Source: Octopus sinensis (Eukaryota). Taken from it: a DNA stretch of 64,000 bases. Below are positions 50,743 through 64,000 of this stretch, piece by piece. Below the pieces are notes generated by a model that worked only from the letters and a program-made list of their open reading frames with translations, was not told where the DNA came from and ran no database searches. The number at the start of each line of letters is the position of its first letter. The stretch's first letter is position 1. The translations under genes and the position numbers were made by a program. The DNA lies in contig NC_042998.1 of assembly GCF_006345805.1 (NCBI RefSeq), forward strand, positions 162,006,001 through 162,070,000, read 5' to 3'.

Positions 50743-53700
50743 GGCAGCAAGCTAGCAAAATGGTTAGTATGCTGGGTGAAATGCTTTGTGGCATGTTGTC
50801 TGTCACTACACTGCCTAGGTTGACTTTACCTTTCATCCTCTTGGGGTTTGATAAAATAAGTATCAGTCAAGTAGTGGGATCAATGCATTCGACTTTCCTC
50901 CAATTCTCAAAATTGCTGGCCAAAATTAGAAAAACTTTTGTAATTTTATTTACTGTTTTTTTTTTTATACAACAGTGGTGTTGAAATGGTGTGTTTGGTG
51001 GCTTGTATTACTTCTGTAGTTGTTGGTTTTGTTGTTGTTTCTTTTGACATTGTTTTGTCTGTCATTATGTTTTTTCCTGTTCATGTGTTTCTTGTAGTTG
51101 TAGTTGCAGCGTTGTTGTTCTTATCACAAATGTAATTGTTTCTTCAGTTTTTTTAAGAATTTGTTTTGGCTGTTGTTGTGTTGGTTCTTGTGTATTTCCT
51201 ATTCCTGGCTTTGTAATGAGTTTTAATTCCTGTTTGGTGATAGCAATAATGTTAGTGGTGGGTGAATGGTTGGCTAGTCCTTTGGTGCCTTGTTGATCTT
51301 TCTGGCCTTCAGCATCATGTTTCTGCTACTAGTATTTCTTCTCCCTCTTTTTCCTCCCAGCAATAACTTTCTGCCATAGCTCCTTCTTTTCATCTTTGTT
51401 GCTTGACAAGATGTGAGGGGGGTATAAAATGTATAGAACAGCAGTAAGTCTGTGTATGTACCTATACTGTTTATATTTGCATACTGGGAACTTTGTCAGT
51501 TACAATAACAAGTGTTCTAGTTGATCTGATCAATGGAACAACCTGCTCATGAAATTAATGTGCATGTGGCTGAGCACTCCACAGACACACATGTCCTTAA
51601 TGTAGTTCTCAAGGAGATTCAGCATGACACAGAATATGACAAGGCTGGCCCTTTGCACTACAGGTACATCCAATTTTTACCAGCCGAGTGGACTGATGCA
51701 ATGTGAAATAAAATGTCTTTCTCAAAGACACAATGAACTGCCAAGAATTGAACTCACAACTTGATGATCTTGAGTCAAATACTCTAATCACTAAGTTACA
51801 AACTTTAACATGTCTGTATACAGAGGGCTTATTTTTGTCTTTTTTTGTCAGTTTGTGCTTGAATTCTTTAGGTCCATTTTGTTTAAGTGAAAAGAAGACA
51901 CTTATCTGTTAATGTTGGTGCTACTGTGGCCAAAAACAATCTCTCAGAATGGTGCTGGTGTGTTTGAGATTTTTATGGCAGTTATTATTGCTGCTACTGT
52001 TGCTGTTAATATTAATGTTATTATAGTTTCACTGTCAGCATCAGTGTAAATCCATACTGTCTTTGATTCTATTGTAGCCAGGAGCCTGACAAGTGGTTCA
52101 TGCAAATAGTCATATATATGGCAGCAGAGCTTTCTATGCTCTATTCTAAAGTGCAGTATCTTGGTCAGATTTTTTGATAACAACTAGCTCAGGACACTCA
52201 TAGCAATTCCAAACCAGTGATACCATGTGAGTAATATTGTCTATTAACTACTTCATTTTCAAAGAACAAGGATTCTTTGCTACTGCTACTACTGCTACTG
52301 CTAACCATTCTTACTGGTATTGTAATTGTTCTTGTTTGTGGTATTTAAAGCAGTGGAGTCCCCCATGCTTTCACTTTCTGTTATAAGCAAGAGATTTTCA
52401 GACATTTGGCATCACTAAATATGTAGCACCTGCATCTTCTGCCCTCCATCACGATATAAATCTTTTGGCCCAATTAGGCAGTTGAACTACACCCAAGAAC
52501 TTTTCAGATGTTCAGAAAATATAGACAAAGTATTTCTCTTCCCTTGAAGAAAACACATTTTATAATTCACCAGATTTTAAACTCACATGGCACCATTTTT
52601 ACTATTATTATAAAAGGGAAAAAGCACAAGTTCTTAATTTCTACAGGACACCTCACCATATTGTGAGGCTTTAGTTGAAAAGCTGTACTTCAATGATGCC
52701 AAATTGATGGAACCTAACACAAAAGTCTATATCCACTCATATTTTATAAAAACGTTTTCCCTCTTAGGTGTGTGTGGCCATTTCCATTCATCAGTTTCTC
52801 AGAGACACATCTGTAAAGTATTATCTATCTGGTGGTATCTTCCAATAATTGCTCTGATACTGATAAAAGTAGTCCTTTGCAGATTTTTACAATGTGTTTA
52901 CACATTTTAAAAACAATTTGTGTTTGTCTGCCAAAGAAATATGTATGCTGTTTGATGCTTTTAAGAATTTCAACAATAACAACTACTACTACAAGAATGA
53001 GGATGATGACAGCTGTAATTTCTGATATAAAATAATTGTGATGTTAATGATAATATCAATAATAAAAACATATTTGCAAAATACGAAAGCTCCAAGTAAT
53101 TGCACATGAAAATTTTGTGGTGAAAGATATTGGATATTCTCAGAAGCATATGTACATCATTAGTGTTAGAGGACACCTTGGAGGCAAAAGTGGAGAGGTA
53201 AAAGCTGAAAATCCAACCTAAATATTGACAGGTTGAATTCTTACTAATTTACCCCAAATGGCATGGTGCCAAGACTTCTAAGCATGAATGCAAATAGGGA
53301 CCACCTGAAGTAGCAATTTCTTTTATGGTGGACATTGAAAACTATTGTTTATTACATAATTAACATTCTATATTCTGTTGCATACCAAACTCATAATAGT
53401 TGTTTTTCCTGTTTGGAATTGAAGCTGAATTCTTCATCAGCACTAAATTAACACAAATATTCAGTGGAGGGTTTTGAGTTTTTACTTCACAGATGTGAAG
53501 TGAATGATAAAATTAAAAGATAACAAAGTTACTTAAGCATTAGTTTAAGGGAGAATTGAGTGTTAAGAAATACTTTGTGAGTATAGTCACCTAATGAGAT
53601 ACTTTCATATCTTTTAAGAAAGAAGTAAATAGCAAAAAGTTTAAAAGAAGAACATAACTTTCTGTACAGAGTAGTACTTGATTTATTAAAATGCTGCTAT

Positions 53701-54438
53701 ACCAACCTCTATTCGTTTTGGATCTCTGTGCTCTGAACTCAAATCTCACCAAAGTCAATTTTACTTTTCATCCTTTCTGGACCCCATCACCTCTCTTCCT
53801 CTCTCTGCCCCCTCTCTCATATACACACATTCAAAGATCTAGCCACATCACCTTGTGTTGTGCTCAGTTGACTTAAGAATTGCAATTGAACTACACTAGT
53901 CTGTAGAATGCTCAGCCACTTTCACATTAATTTCTTAAGTAGGAATGTAATTGGTTTAACAACTGACTGCTAATTGTCAGGACCAACAGAGAAAACCCCA
54001 AGCCATCCCTGTTACAATTATTGTCCTCATTGTCAATAACATTGCATTTTTCTCTCATTAAAAATAATTTTAATGCAGTGACTTGGTCAGAACTCATCCA
54101 GGTAGATTTGCAAAGAACAGAAAATTATTTTGTGTTAAGGTTACAATTTAAACTTCATTCTTTTCATAGTAATACTGAGATGGAGCTAAACATTTAGAGT
54201 ATCAATTATTTTGGTGATAAGAGTGTTTGCTTTTTCAAAAGTAACCATGCAAGTATGGCTTTGTGGTAAGAAGTTTGCTTTCCAACCATGTAGCTCTGGG
54301 TTCAGTCCTAATGTGTGACACTTTCTGATAGTAGAGTCATTAAAGAATCAATTTGTTGTTTCAATTCTTCCAATAATTTCATTGATATTTGTTGAATTGT
54401 AATTTAATAAGGAGTTAGTTAAGATAAAAAACAATAAT

Positions 54439-54794
54439 AACAAGTGCAAACCTCCGCCAAAGGAACACCAACATCCTCTCAACGATTGACTAGAGATGGT
54501 TTTTAAAATGAGAATATCTGAAATAAACTCGACTGCTCTCACAAACAAAACTACTAAAAGTGAACCTGACTGCTCTCAAAAATTAAGTAAAAAACCAGGA
54601 AAAGTAATCCAGAATTCTTGTCCAGAACTGGATCAATCCCAAAATCTAATCAGTTTATGCCAGTCATAAGGCCAAACATCCCTGAAAGTTTCATTCGAAT
54701 CCATCCTGTGGTTCTTGAGATATCTTGTCCTCAGACAAACAAACAAACAAACATGACTGAAAACAATACCTCCACCTTAGCCAAAGTGGGGGTA
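54439..54794. mobile_element. Probable non-autonomous Helentron-type element
   Basis: cctccgccaa at one end, cctccaccttagccaaagtgggggta hairpin at the other, with an internal (CAAA)n tract; layout recalled from Helentron-associated elements. Confidence 0.45.
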
Positions 54795-57675
54795 ATAATA
54801 AATATTCCTTAAACAACAATCCAGATAATGGTAATACAGCACATGAGTTTGAACTAATAATCTATAAGTCCAGAACATAAACCATGAAGCAGCTAAGACA
54901 ATATACTTATCAAAAAATAAAGTACTATTCTGCTTGTTTTCAGAGCCATTTACCATTTTGATAGTAGGGCTAGAAAAAGAATCAATATTACAATGCCTGA
55001 AAGCAGTTTTTATGATACAAGGTAGAGTGTATGATCTCAATATAGCCATCAAAATGAAGGGTTCCATTTGTTCAACCTCATTATGCACCTACTCAATATG
55101 ATGTGTTTGTAATGAAATTTAATGTGTTGAAGTAATAATTATTACTGGAATGGACAGCTGTGTCTTTGGTATTTTAAAGTAATTTAAGAAACTTGGCGGC
55201 AAATAAGTTAGTTTATGCTTATCTAATAATGACATACTGTTATTTAGCAGTATGGTAGTTAGAATTCTTTCCTAGAATAACTTTCTTAGAAATATGACAG
55301 TAATGTGTAAACATTTCCCTAATATTTTATAGCTGTTTGTTGGAAAGGTTGGTTATTGAAGGAAATATATAGCATTTGATAGTTATTTCCATTCAATGAA
55401 AAATGTTAAAAAAAAAAAGAGAGAGATTTCTTGAATTTAATGAATCTTATGTCAGATATAGATCAATATTGATGTAAATTTGTACATTACACAAATAATG
55501 ATATAGCAATACCAATTTTGAAGTAAAGATGGTGAGGTGGCAGAATCATTAGCATGCTGGGCAATATTAGCATGCTTAGCAGTATCCTGTCTGTCTTTAT
55601 GTCCTCAGTTCAAATTCTGCCAAGGTCTACTTTGCCATTCATCCTTTCAGGGTTGATAAAATATGTACTGAGTATTGAGGTCAATTTAATCAACTAGCCC
55701 TCTTCCTTGAAATTCCTGGCCTTGGGCCAAAATTTGAAATCAGTATTAATTTTGGAAGCAAAGGGAAATTTTTTTCTTTCCACCATTTTACATCCATTTT
55801 TTCCACACTTGCCTGAATGTGGTGGCTTATTTCTCAGAGCAGTGTCATTTACAATTTAGTACACTTTCTATATCGAACTTTTCAACTGTGGAAATATGGG
55901 AGGAACCTGTATTTTAAGTAGTCAGGCCAACTGGACTCAGTAGTATTAGTTACCTGGTTTTGGCAAAATTAATATTTGAGCTTATGACCATGTGGTTAGT
56001 AGGTAAGCATTTTACTCTGACAACTATTAGCCCTGACTTTCTAAAAATTCTAATTAAAATTAAATATCATTCTTTCCTGCTATTTAATGCTTTTGCAAGA
56101 TTTTATTTTTTCCAGGCAGACAACTGCCTTTGTAATTACTGGGAGGGAGACATATGTATGGGAAATGAAAATTGTATGGAAACTTAATGAATAATGTGTA
56201 TAAAAATATTAAAATAAGAAAACGAGCATAACTCCTCAAACTCTTTGATTAAGTTACTTATAAGGAATTCGAGGCTATAATGCACATCCATTAAGCCCTA
56301 GCTTACAGAATAAAGAACAAATGTTAATGTTGCTTTGCCAATTAAGGTATAAGTTTTAAGAAACAAAACGGATGTAGATTTGTTAATTATGACACTTAGC
56401 AAAAAAAAAAATTCTTCTATGTAGGAATTTGTAATAAAAACAAAGCCAATAAAATAGGTCTCCTTTGTGTATTCATAAAATAGATTACTATTTCCCTTCC
56501 GAAATAAGGTCTGCCAAACTCCTGGCCAAATAAACAGATCTGAAAGAGAACTCCAGCTGACTAGATAATTTTCTTTTTTATAGATAAAAAATAAACTAAA
56601 AATTGTTAATTATAAAATAAAACAAAATCCAAAATGCACATGGTGCCATGTTAGCAATTTTAATGTAATTTACACAAAATTTTAACAGTTGAGCCAAGTT
56701 CAAAAACAGTGCCTTCCCCAATGATGCAAATTTCCATTATTGGCTAGACCTAAGATTTAAAAGAAAAATATAAGGTATACATGCACATGAAATAAATAAA
56801 AGAATGCAGGTATAAGGTCTTTGCAGCATAAATGCTGAGGAGAAAAACAAACTTTTTTTTCAAAAAATGTTATTCTACATCACTACGAATATTCAAACTG
56901 CCAGGAAATATTAATTGCTTGGAAACCCTATATATTTTTTTAGAAATTGCTTTTACTTTAGAAAAAATATTAGCTCGGTAATAATCTATATATGTATTTG
57001 TTTTACAAACTCAGATATGGCATGTATGTATGATTTTGTTTGTGATTCCTACACACGCAAACATAATGTCTTTCTCGTCAGTATTTCCAAGTATTTCTTC
57101 CTTTGGCATAATAATTATAACAATACCATTTCCTGTTGAATCTTTCCCTTTTTTACTTATTTTATTTTAAATTTCAAATAAGAATTCCTGTCTAGATCAT
57201 TTAGACAAAGCATATTTACCTGTATGTCAGTCAATAAAAGTGGATCTAATCATTGCTAATACATTTTGGTACATTGAGCAGTTAATTGTGAATTTATTTT
57301 TCTAATAAATCTTTCATATTTCTCCTTTTTCACTAGATTCTTGACAATTTAGCATTATATTTTTTAATTAAAAAATTAATTACAACCCCAACACTGTGTC
57401 CTAATTACCATTAAGATCGTTTTGGAAGCATTTTCCTGTCCAATCAAATTTCTTGGAAATATGGAAATCATCATCGTTTTAACGTTCACTTTTCCATACT
57501 TGCATGGGTCAGAGTTTGAGACAGATTTTCTATGGCCAGATGCCTTCCAGTCCCCAACCCTTGTTTCCAAACAGGGTAATATTTTTTCATGGCAAAAGTG
57601 TTTCCACAGAATAGAGGAACTGAATGACATTGTTCTACAATATCATACGATGTCAACACAAAGAAAGACAAACAG

Positions 57676-57726
<51 letters not shown>

Positions 57727-57909
57727 TATGTATGACAGGCTCCTTTCAGTTTTCGTCCACAATATCCACTCACAAAGTATTGATCAGCCTGAGGTTATAG
57801 CAGAAGATACTTGCTCAAGGTGCCATGCAATAGGAATGAACCTGAAACCTTGTGGTTGTAAAACATATTTCTTAAACACACCTCCATGTCAACATAGCAA
57901 CTGCGAGCT

Positions 57910-58090
57910 GGAAGAGGTCTCATGGCAGGCTCCATACCACATGGCTTGACATGATTGGGGAAAATCTTCAGAGGCTTGATGTCACCTTGGAGGATGCAGA
58001 GGGGCTGGTGTAGGACTGCCAGTGATGACTTCTCTGGGACTACTAACTTGGAATGACTCCAGCCCCATCAAGCAAGGGCAGTAAGAAAGA
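57910..58090 (+). pseudogene. RTE-like LINE 3' tail
   Basis: RG..GR.HTTWLDMIGENLQRLDVTLEDAEGL resembles the RTE ORF C-terminus. Confidence 0.45.
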
Positions 58091-58274
58091 ACCAACCAAG
58101 CACTGCTATGTCTGATAAATTTTCTTGTTTGGAATATTCTTTTAGTCTCAATGATCAAAACAATAAAAACAAAATTCTATTCACTTTGTCAAAGTTTAAT
58201 AATTTGTCCAACTACATTAAACATAAACCAAACTTTTAATTCTGCTACTAACCAGTGACTATGATTGTCTAAAG

Positions 58275-58535
58275 CAGTAGTTCCCAAAGTGAGTGCTCCT
58301 TTAGGGATGGTGGAAAGATCCAGGGAGAAAAGTGGGGGTGAAAATGGGGTGGCCAGAAGGAGGCAATGGCTGTAAAAGCAATAAAATAATGGGTTAATTT
58401 GGTTGTTTTATTTGTGAAATATAGTTGTTTTAAATTTGATGCAGAAAGAAGTCTATGTTTGTGATGGTGTCGGGGTGCTAGGAATGTGCCTGGGTACCAA
58501 AGGGTCAGTAGCCTGAAAATGTTTGGGAACCACTG
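58275..58535. mobile_element. hAT (Charlie-type) MITE (261 bp)
   Basis: TIRs cagtagttcccaaa / tttgggaaccactg; 8-bp TSD gtctaaag/gtctaaaa. Confidence 0.85.
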
Positions 58536-59258
58536 GTCTAAAACAACCTGATATTAGCAACATACTCATTTTGTAGCCCAACACATCAGTTATACAAACC
58601 AAATATTGTCTTCAAATAGAAATACAAGGGAACTTCTACAAGCTTCATGTCCTGCAACAAACAGCTGCAGATCTCCCTTAAATTATATTCAGCACTCATA
58701 AAAATATGAAACAGACCTTAAAAAATACAATAGTTATGGCTGGAAGGCTTTTGGTCAAAGGCTAACCTGAGCTTAAACAATAACAATATTAACTGCAGAT
58801 AAATTATTTCATGTCAAAATATATTTCAAGGCGTGGTTTTGAGTTTTAAACTTTTATCAGCGACATTGTGTGTGTCCTTGTGACCTTGTATAAGTATTAA
58901 AGTGTCTGTATGAAAATGTGTATCTGTGAATTTATATATGTGAGAGCATATGAAAATCATTAGATGAAATTAACCTGAAATTTTAAGTAAAATTTATAGG
59001 CACTGGTTGTAGAGTTGACAGTATTGGTCAAGGAATGGGAGGAGGCAAAAGCCATCAATAATTTGGTAAACTGCCAAATCATCAAATTTCAAGTCATATC
59101 CACCTCTACCAAAAATGTATAGACAGCAACATTAAAAAAAAGTAACTCCATAAAACAGAACACTCAAATACAAATAGCTGTTGTGAGTCATCTATGTATT
59201 GCTGTATTATGCATTTTCAATTGGCTAGGTTTGACATATATATATATATATATACACA

Positions 59259-59294
<36 letters not shown>

Positions 59295-59339
59295 CACACA
59301 ATATATATATATATATACACACACAATATATATATATAT

Positions 59340-59391
<52 letters not shown>

Positions 59392-59869
59392 AGATTCATG
59401 CACATGTGAAGTTATGTATACATACATCTATACCTCTAAGTGTGTGTGTGTTTAAAAATGACCATATATTCTTGCATATACATATTTTCTTGCATATGCA
59501 CATGATATATATACATAGGAAAGGACATGATTAAGATATTGCAGTGGAAATGCTGCTACATTTGCATTGCATTTTTGTTCCAAAAGTGCAAGTCAATACT
59601 CTCTAATACCACTTATATCATCCCCCATGTGATGATGATCTTTCCTTGAATGAATCTGTGGGTTATTAATTATTTGGACAGTTTGCCTGTCTTTGTCTTG
59701 TCCAGTTATTTCTTCATTCAGTCAAAATTAATATTTGTGATTTCTCTCCAGACATCTTAATGTCTTTTGCAAACCAAGTCGCTGGATGTAAAACACTCTT
59801 TCAATTTGTTCTTCTACTACTATTTCTTATGGTTCTATTTTTGTAATTTGTATTTTCATTTTGATGATG

Positions 59870-59917
<48 letters not shown>

Positions 59918-60714
59918 TCAGCAATCATAAAAATGATTATAATGGAAGTAAATGCTAATATGGTGATATTATTAATATCCAAAGAACTGCATGCCTATAT
60001 CAAATTATTCTGAACTCTAGAATCTAATCTTTAATCTGTTAAAATACATTACCGAAATTAGATACCATGATTGTCACTTTAGTGCTCTTCTCGATACTAA
60101 TGGCCAAGCAGTCCATTCTTTATACACAAGTAAAAATATGGATCATTTTGTTCATAGTCATCTTGATGGCTCATGTTATATATCATTTTTATATCCATCT
60201 TCCCCTATGTAGCCAAGGCATGGATGTTTTGTTTGTTATTGAATTGTGAACTTGATACATATGCATCCTCACCTACTTATTTTTCTTAAAGTATTTCTAG
60301 AGAACTTTTTTCCTTACTCAGTCTTAATCATATGCAAAAATATGCAAAGCCTAGTCTCAGTGACCAAACTTTACTCATAAAAGTTCTGATAACATAATGC
60401 CATGAAAACCAAGAAGTGTTTTAAATCATTAGTGAGAGTAATAACAAAGGAATCAGTCCCAATTTATAGACTCTACATTCTATTAGACTATGTGGGTGTA
60501 AAAAAACAAAAGTGACCATTATATTTAGAGAAAGAAGGAGGAGGTGAGGAGACAATGGTAGTGATGATGATGAAGATGCCTGTGGCAGTGATGATGATGA
60601 TGATGATGATGATAATAACAACAACAATAATATTAACCCATTCTGGACAAATTATTTTCCAGAAAATGTTTCATTTTGAATAATAATTTTTTTTTTTACT
60701 TAAAATAGTCGCAA

Positions 60715-61080
60715 GTGTGGCTGTGTGGTAAGAAGCTTGCTTTCCAACCATATGGTTCTGTGTTCAGTCCCAGAGTGAGACACCTTGAGCAAGTGTCTTC
60801 TACTATAACCCCAGGCTGACCAAAGCCTTATGAGTGGATCTGGTTGATAGAAACTGAAAGAAGCCCACCGTATATGTATTTGTGTGTGCCTTTGTGTCTG
60901 TTTGTTCCCCCACCCCAATTGACAATTGGTGTAGATATGTTTACATTCCCTGTAACTTAGAAGTTCAGCAAAAGAGGTCAATAGAATAAATGCCAGGCTC
61001 AAGTAAAACGAAGTAGTGGGGTTCATTCATTCAATTAAGAATTCAGTGTAATAACTGAAACAAGTAAAGCATAAAGAATA
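60715..61080 (+). mobile_element. Full-length SINE family A
   Basis: Head, body and tail as at 2785-3200. Confidence 0.85.
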
Positions 61081-61664
61081 AAAGATAAAATGAAAGTTTG
61101 TAGGAAGCATTCTTCTATTTAAGATGCTTTTTTTTATATAAATATATATGACACACAATAGAATCCGTTCTGACAATCATGAGCATCGCGTTATTTTTTA
61201 AATATACACATTTTATAATTATAGGAAAGCAATAAAAGAAGTAAATTAAACATGCAAGAGGGTAAACATTCTTTATTTGCAAGAACTGGGCTTCATTTAT
61301 TTGTAATAGTGATTTTTGGAAAGATGGTGTCACACATAGAAGAAGATTACTGATTGGACATTTATAATTCTTAACAATTTCTTTTTTTTTTTTTTGCTGC
61401 TGTCATTGTTAAACTTTGCATTGTCTTGTTGGATATTTCTTTGTTTTTCAGAAGAGAGAATATCCACAGGAATATGCCCAGGTGTAAAACTAGAAGGTTT
61501 AGGGGCTGTCAAGGGTCTTTCAGCTTTTGTGTATGGGATATATAGACAATACATTGTGATTGTTTGTTCAATGAATAGGAATCTATATAGCAGAGAAGCC
61601 TTGAGTAGTTGTTCCATCATCATAGTTGTGATTATGATAGTTCTAGTCTTCCTCAGTGAAAGCA

Positions 61665-62020
61665 CGTGGCTCAGTGGTGAGAGCATTGAGCTTATGATTG
61701 TGTGGTTGTGAGCTTGAATCCTGGACTGGGCTGCATATTGTGTTCTTGAGCAAGACACTTTATTTCATGTTACTCCAGTTCACTCAGCTAGAAATGAGTT
61801 GCGACGTCACTGGTGCCAAGCTGTATCAGCCCTTACCTTTCCCTTGGATAAAACTGGTGGCATGGAGAGGGGAGGCTGGTATGCATGGGCAACTGCTGAT
61901 CTTCCATAAACAACCTTGCTCGGACTTGTGCCTGTGAGGGTAACTTTCTTGGTGAAATCCCATGGTCAGTGTTGTGACCGAAGGGGACCTCAGAAGAATC
62001 TTCCTCATCAGTTGTAAGAT
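61665..62020 (+). mobile_element. SINE family C
   Basis: tRNA-like head 'tggctcagtggtgagagc..cttgaatcctgg' and 'gagcaagacactttatttcatg' body. Confidence 0.7.
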
Positions 62021-62599
62021 ATGCTTTATACATTATCATCATTTAACGTCCGTGTTCCATGTTGGTATGTGTAGCTGCACAAAGATTCAGTCTGATTTGA
62101 CATGGTTTCTATGGCTGGATGTCCTTTCTACTCCAAGAGTGTAGTGGGTGCTTTTCATGTGCCACTGGCACAGGTACCATTGATGTGACACTGGCATCGT
62201 CCTTGACTACAACAGGTCTTCTTAAGCACGGTATATTGCCAAAGGTCATTGTCACTTGCCACTGCCTCCATACAAATTCTGTAGTACAAGATCTGCCAGG
62301 TGAAAGATCCTATAGTACTTTCACCTTGTTTCATAGCTATTCCATAATCACTGAAATGCTAGGTGACCTTGTTACTCCACTCACATTAAATTTGTTGTCA
62401 CAGACTGCCTCTTGTCTTTTCCCAACTTTTGTTTGAGTTATTACTTTCTTCAGAGGAGGTCTGTTGTTTTGAAAGCAGTGTAAAAGTGGGCATAACACTT
62501 TTTATTAACTGGCATCTGTAATTTAAACTGCCCGTGCTGGTAGAGTACCTCATTCTCTTTAATAATAACTCGTCTTCCAGTTGCCAGCAAATAATGGGT

Positions 62600-62750
62600 T
62601 CCACGCAGAAGTCATAAGCCATCAATGAATTCTTAACAAAAGTGGGTGAAGCTGTCTGACATAGATGGAAGCTGCAGGTTGTGTATGGAGATGATAACAT
62701 TGACAACAGTAATGCTGTGTAAAGATGGCTAAAGATCTTTAAAGAAAAGG
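62600..62750 (+). pseudogene. Mariner N-terminal relic
   Basis: QKS*AINEFLTKVGEAV*HRWKLQVVYGDDNIDNSNAV*RWLKIFKE resembles 'QRAVIEFL..IHRRL..VYGD..V.RW..RFK'. Confidence 0.55.
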
Positions 62751-63327
62751 AACACAAATATGATGGTCTTCTTTCAGTTTCCGTCTATCAAATTTGCTCA
62801 CAAGACTTTGGCTTTTACAGTGGAAAATACTTGTCCAAGGTGCCATGCTAAGGGACTGAACCAAGGACCTGATGTACATATACATATATAAAATCAAAGA
62901 CAAATCAGCAAACTCAAGCAAAGTCATGGTAAGGAAAAGGCAAATAAAAAAAATTAAGTCAGTTTTAAACAAATTATGGTATATAGATCATGTATGTACC
63001 TTTTCCAGCTACGTGTCATAAAAATTAAAGATTTATATTAAAATCAGGTTTGTTATTTGCTTATTTACTTGTCATTGGGGTATGGGCATTACTTGCCTTG
63101 TTTTGATGCAGATTCCATTGATATACTTATGTATGTATAATTTAAAACAATTTGATTTGGTTCTGTGCTACTTCAAGCTTTGCAGGCCCGTAACAGGAGT
63201 GCAACTTCAGGTTTCTGGAATGCTGAATCCAGAAGCTTGAAAGTAGCACAGAATCAAGTCAAACTATTTTAAAAATTACTCCTACTAAATGTGTTGAGTA
63301 CCACTTTCCTTCTTTTGTCTACTCACT

Positions 63328-63371
<44 letters not shown>

Positions 63372-63374
<3 letters not shown>

Positions 63375-64000
63375 ACATCACAATCAAGGAACGGCCATAA
63401 TAGGCCATTCACCCACTATGGGAAAAAATTAAATAGTCATAGACCATTTATAAGTTCAACATCACAATCAAGGAACGGCCATTCACCCACTAGAAATAAC
63501 AGCCAAAGCTTCAACCGCAAAATAACATTAATTCCGCAAACCAGGAGAAAATTAAAAAAACGTTTACCCTGTAATTTCTTATACGATGCACCGTTTCATC
63601 TACTGTTTAATGGTAAACTAACCTGATTAAATTAAATCAAGCCAATCTTCCATAGGCCCTTAGATTCGTCAGTAAGAAATAGCCAGATCGGAACAGATAT
63701 TTTCACGAGGCACTTCTGTCCCTGCCTCGGCAATATCTGACCTAAAATTTTCAAATCATCGCACTCGCGCCAAATTTATCGGCAGCAAATAAATATAAGC
63801 TGCCGATTCCATGGTCTATGACTATTTAATTTTTTCCCACTAGGCCGCTGGTGACAAAAAAATTCTACAAAATTTTTTTGCCACCCTATATTGATTAATT
63901 ATGAATTTTCTGGTTGATTCCGTAAAGTAAGAAATAGCCAGATCGGAACAGATATTTTCACGAGGCACTTCTGTCCCTGCCTCGGCAATATAAGCTGCCG
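63372..64000. repeat. Patchwork of exact direct and inverted short duplications, running off the window end
   Basis: 26-bp direct 63372/63456; 28-bp inverted 63419-63446 / 63812-63839; 66-bp direct 63671-63736 / 63926-63991. Confidence 0.85.

Noticed and set aside
39228-53200. Scattered plus-strand micro-exon candidates (~39228, ~40578, ~52772, ~53140)
   Set aside because: Short AG..GT matches are common in AT-rich DNA; the joined peptides match nothing I recognise.

Overview
AT-rich, microsatellite-dense eukaryotic DNA dominated by transposable elements. The tRNA-headed SINE families look like those of Octopus; this is recognition from memory, not a database result. No host protein-coding gene could be identified with confidence: there are only a few candidate exons and two CpG-rich promoter-like patches (~28.2-28.6 kb, ~30.8-31.2 kb), and most ORFs in the supplied track are microsatellite or repeat artefacts. 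The richest part is an 18-28 kb pile-up of elements: a Penelope GIY-YIG remnant, a MULE/FLYWCH remnant, a Helitron end, a perfect 214-bp palindrome carrying two type I hammerhead-ribozyme-like folds, a Chapaev3-like remnant, and a Merlin (IS1595/ISXO2-like) transposon. The Merlin is interrupted by a Merlin-type MITE (8-bp TSD) and by a 1.44-kb ORF1-only retroelement (CCHC knuckle, possible RRM, 13-bp TSD, no RT). Elsewhere there is a full-length decayed mariner with both TIRs, a complete non-autonomous Helitron, Tc1/mariner and hAT MITEs, three more inverted modules with hammerhead-like remnants, and a 6-unit repeat/linker array at 28.65-28.93 kb. SINE and LINE boundaries are approximate; TIR, TSD and palindrome coordinates were counted base by base.
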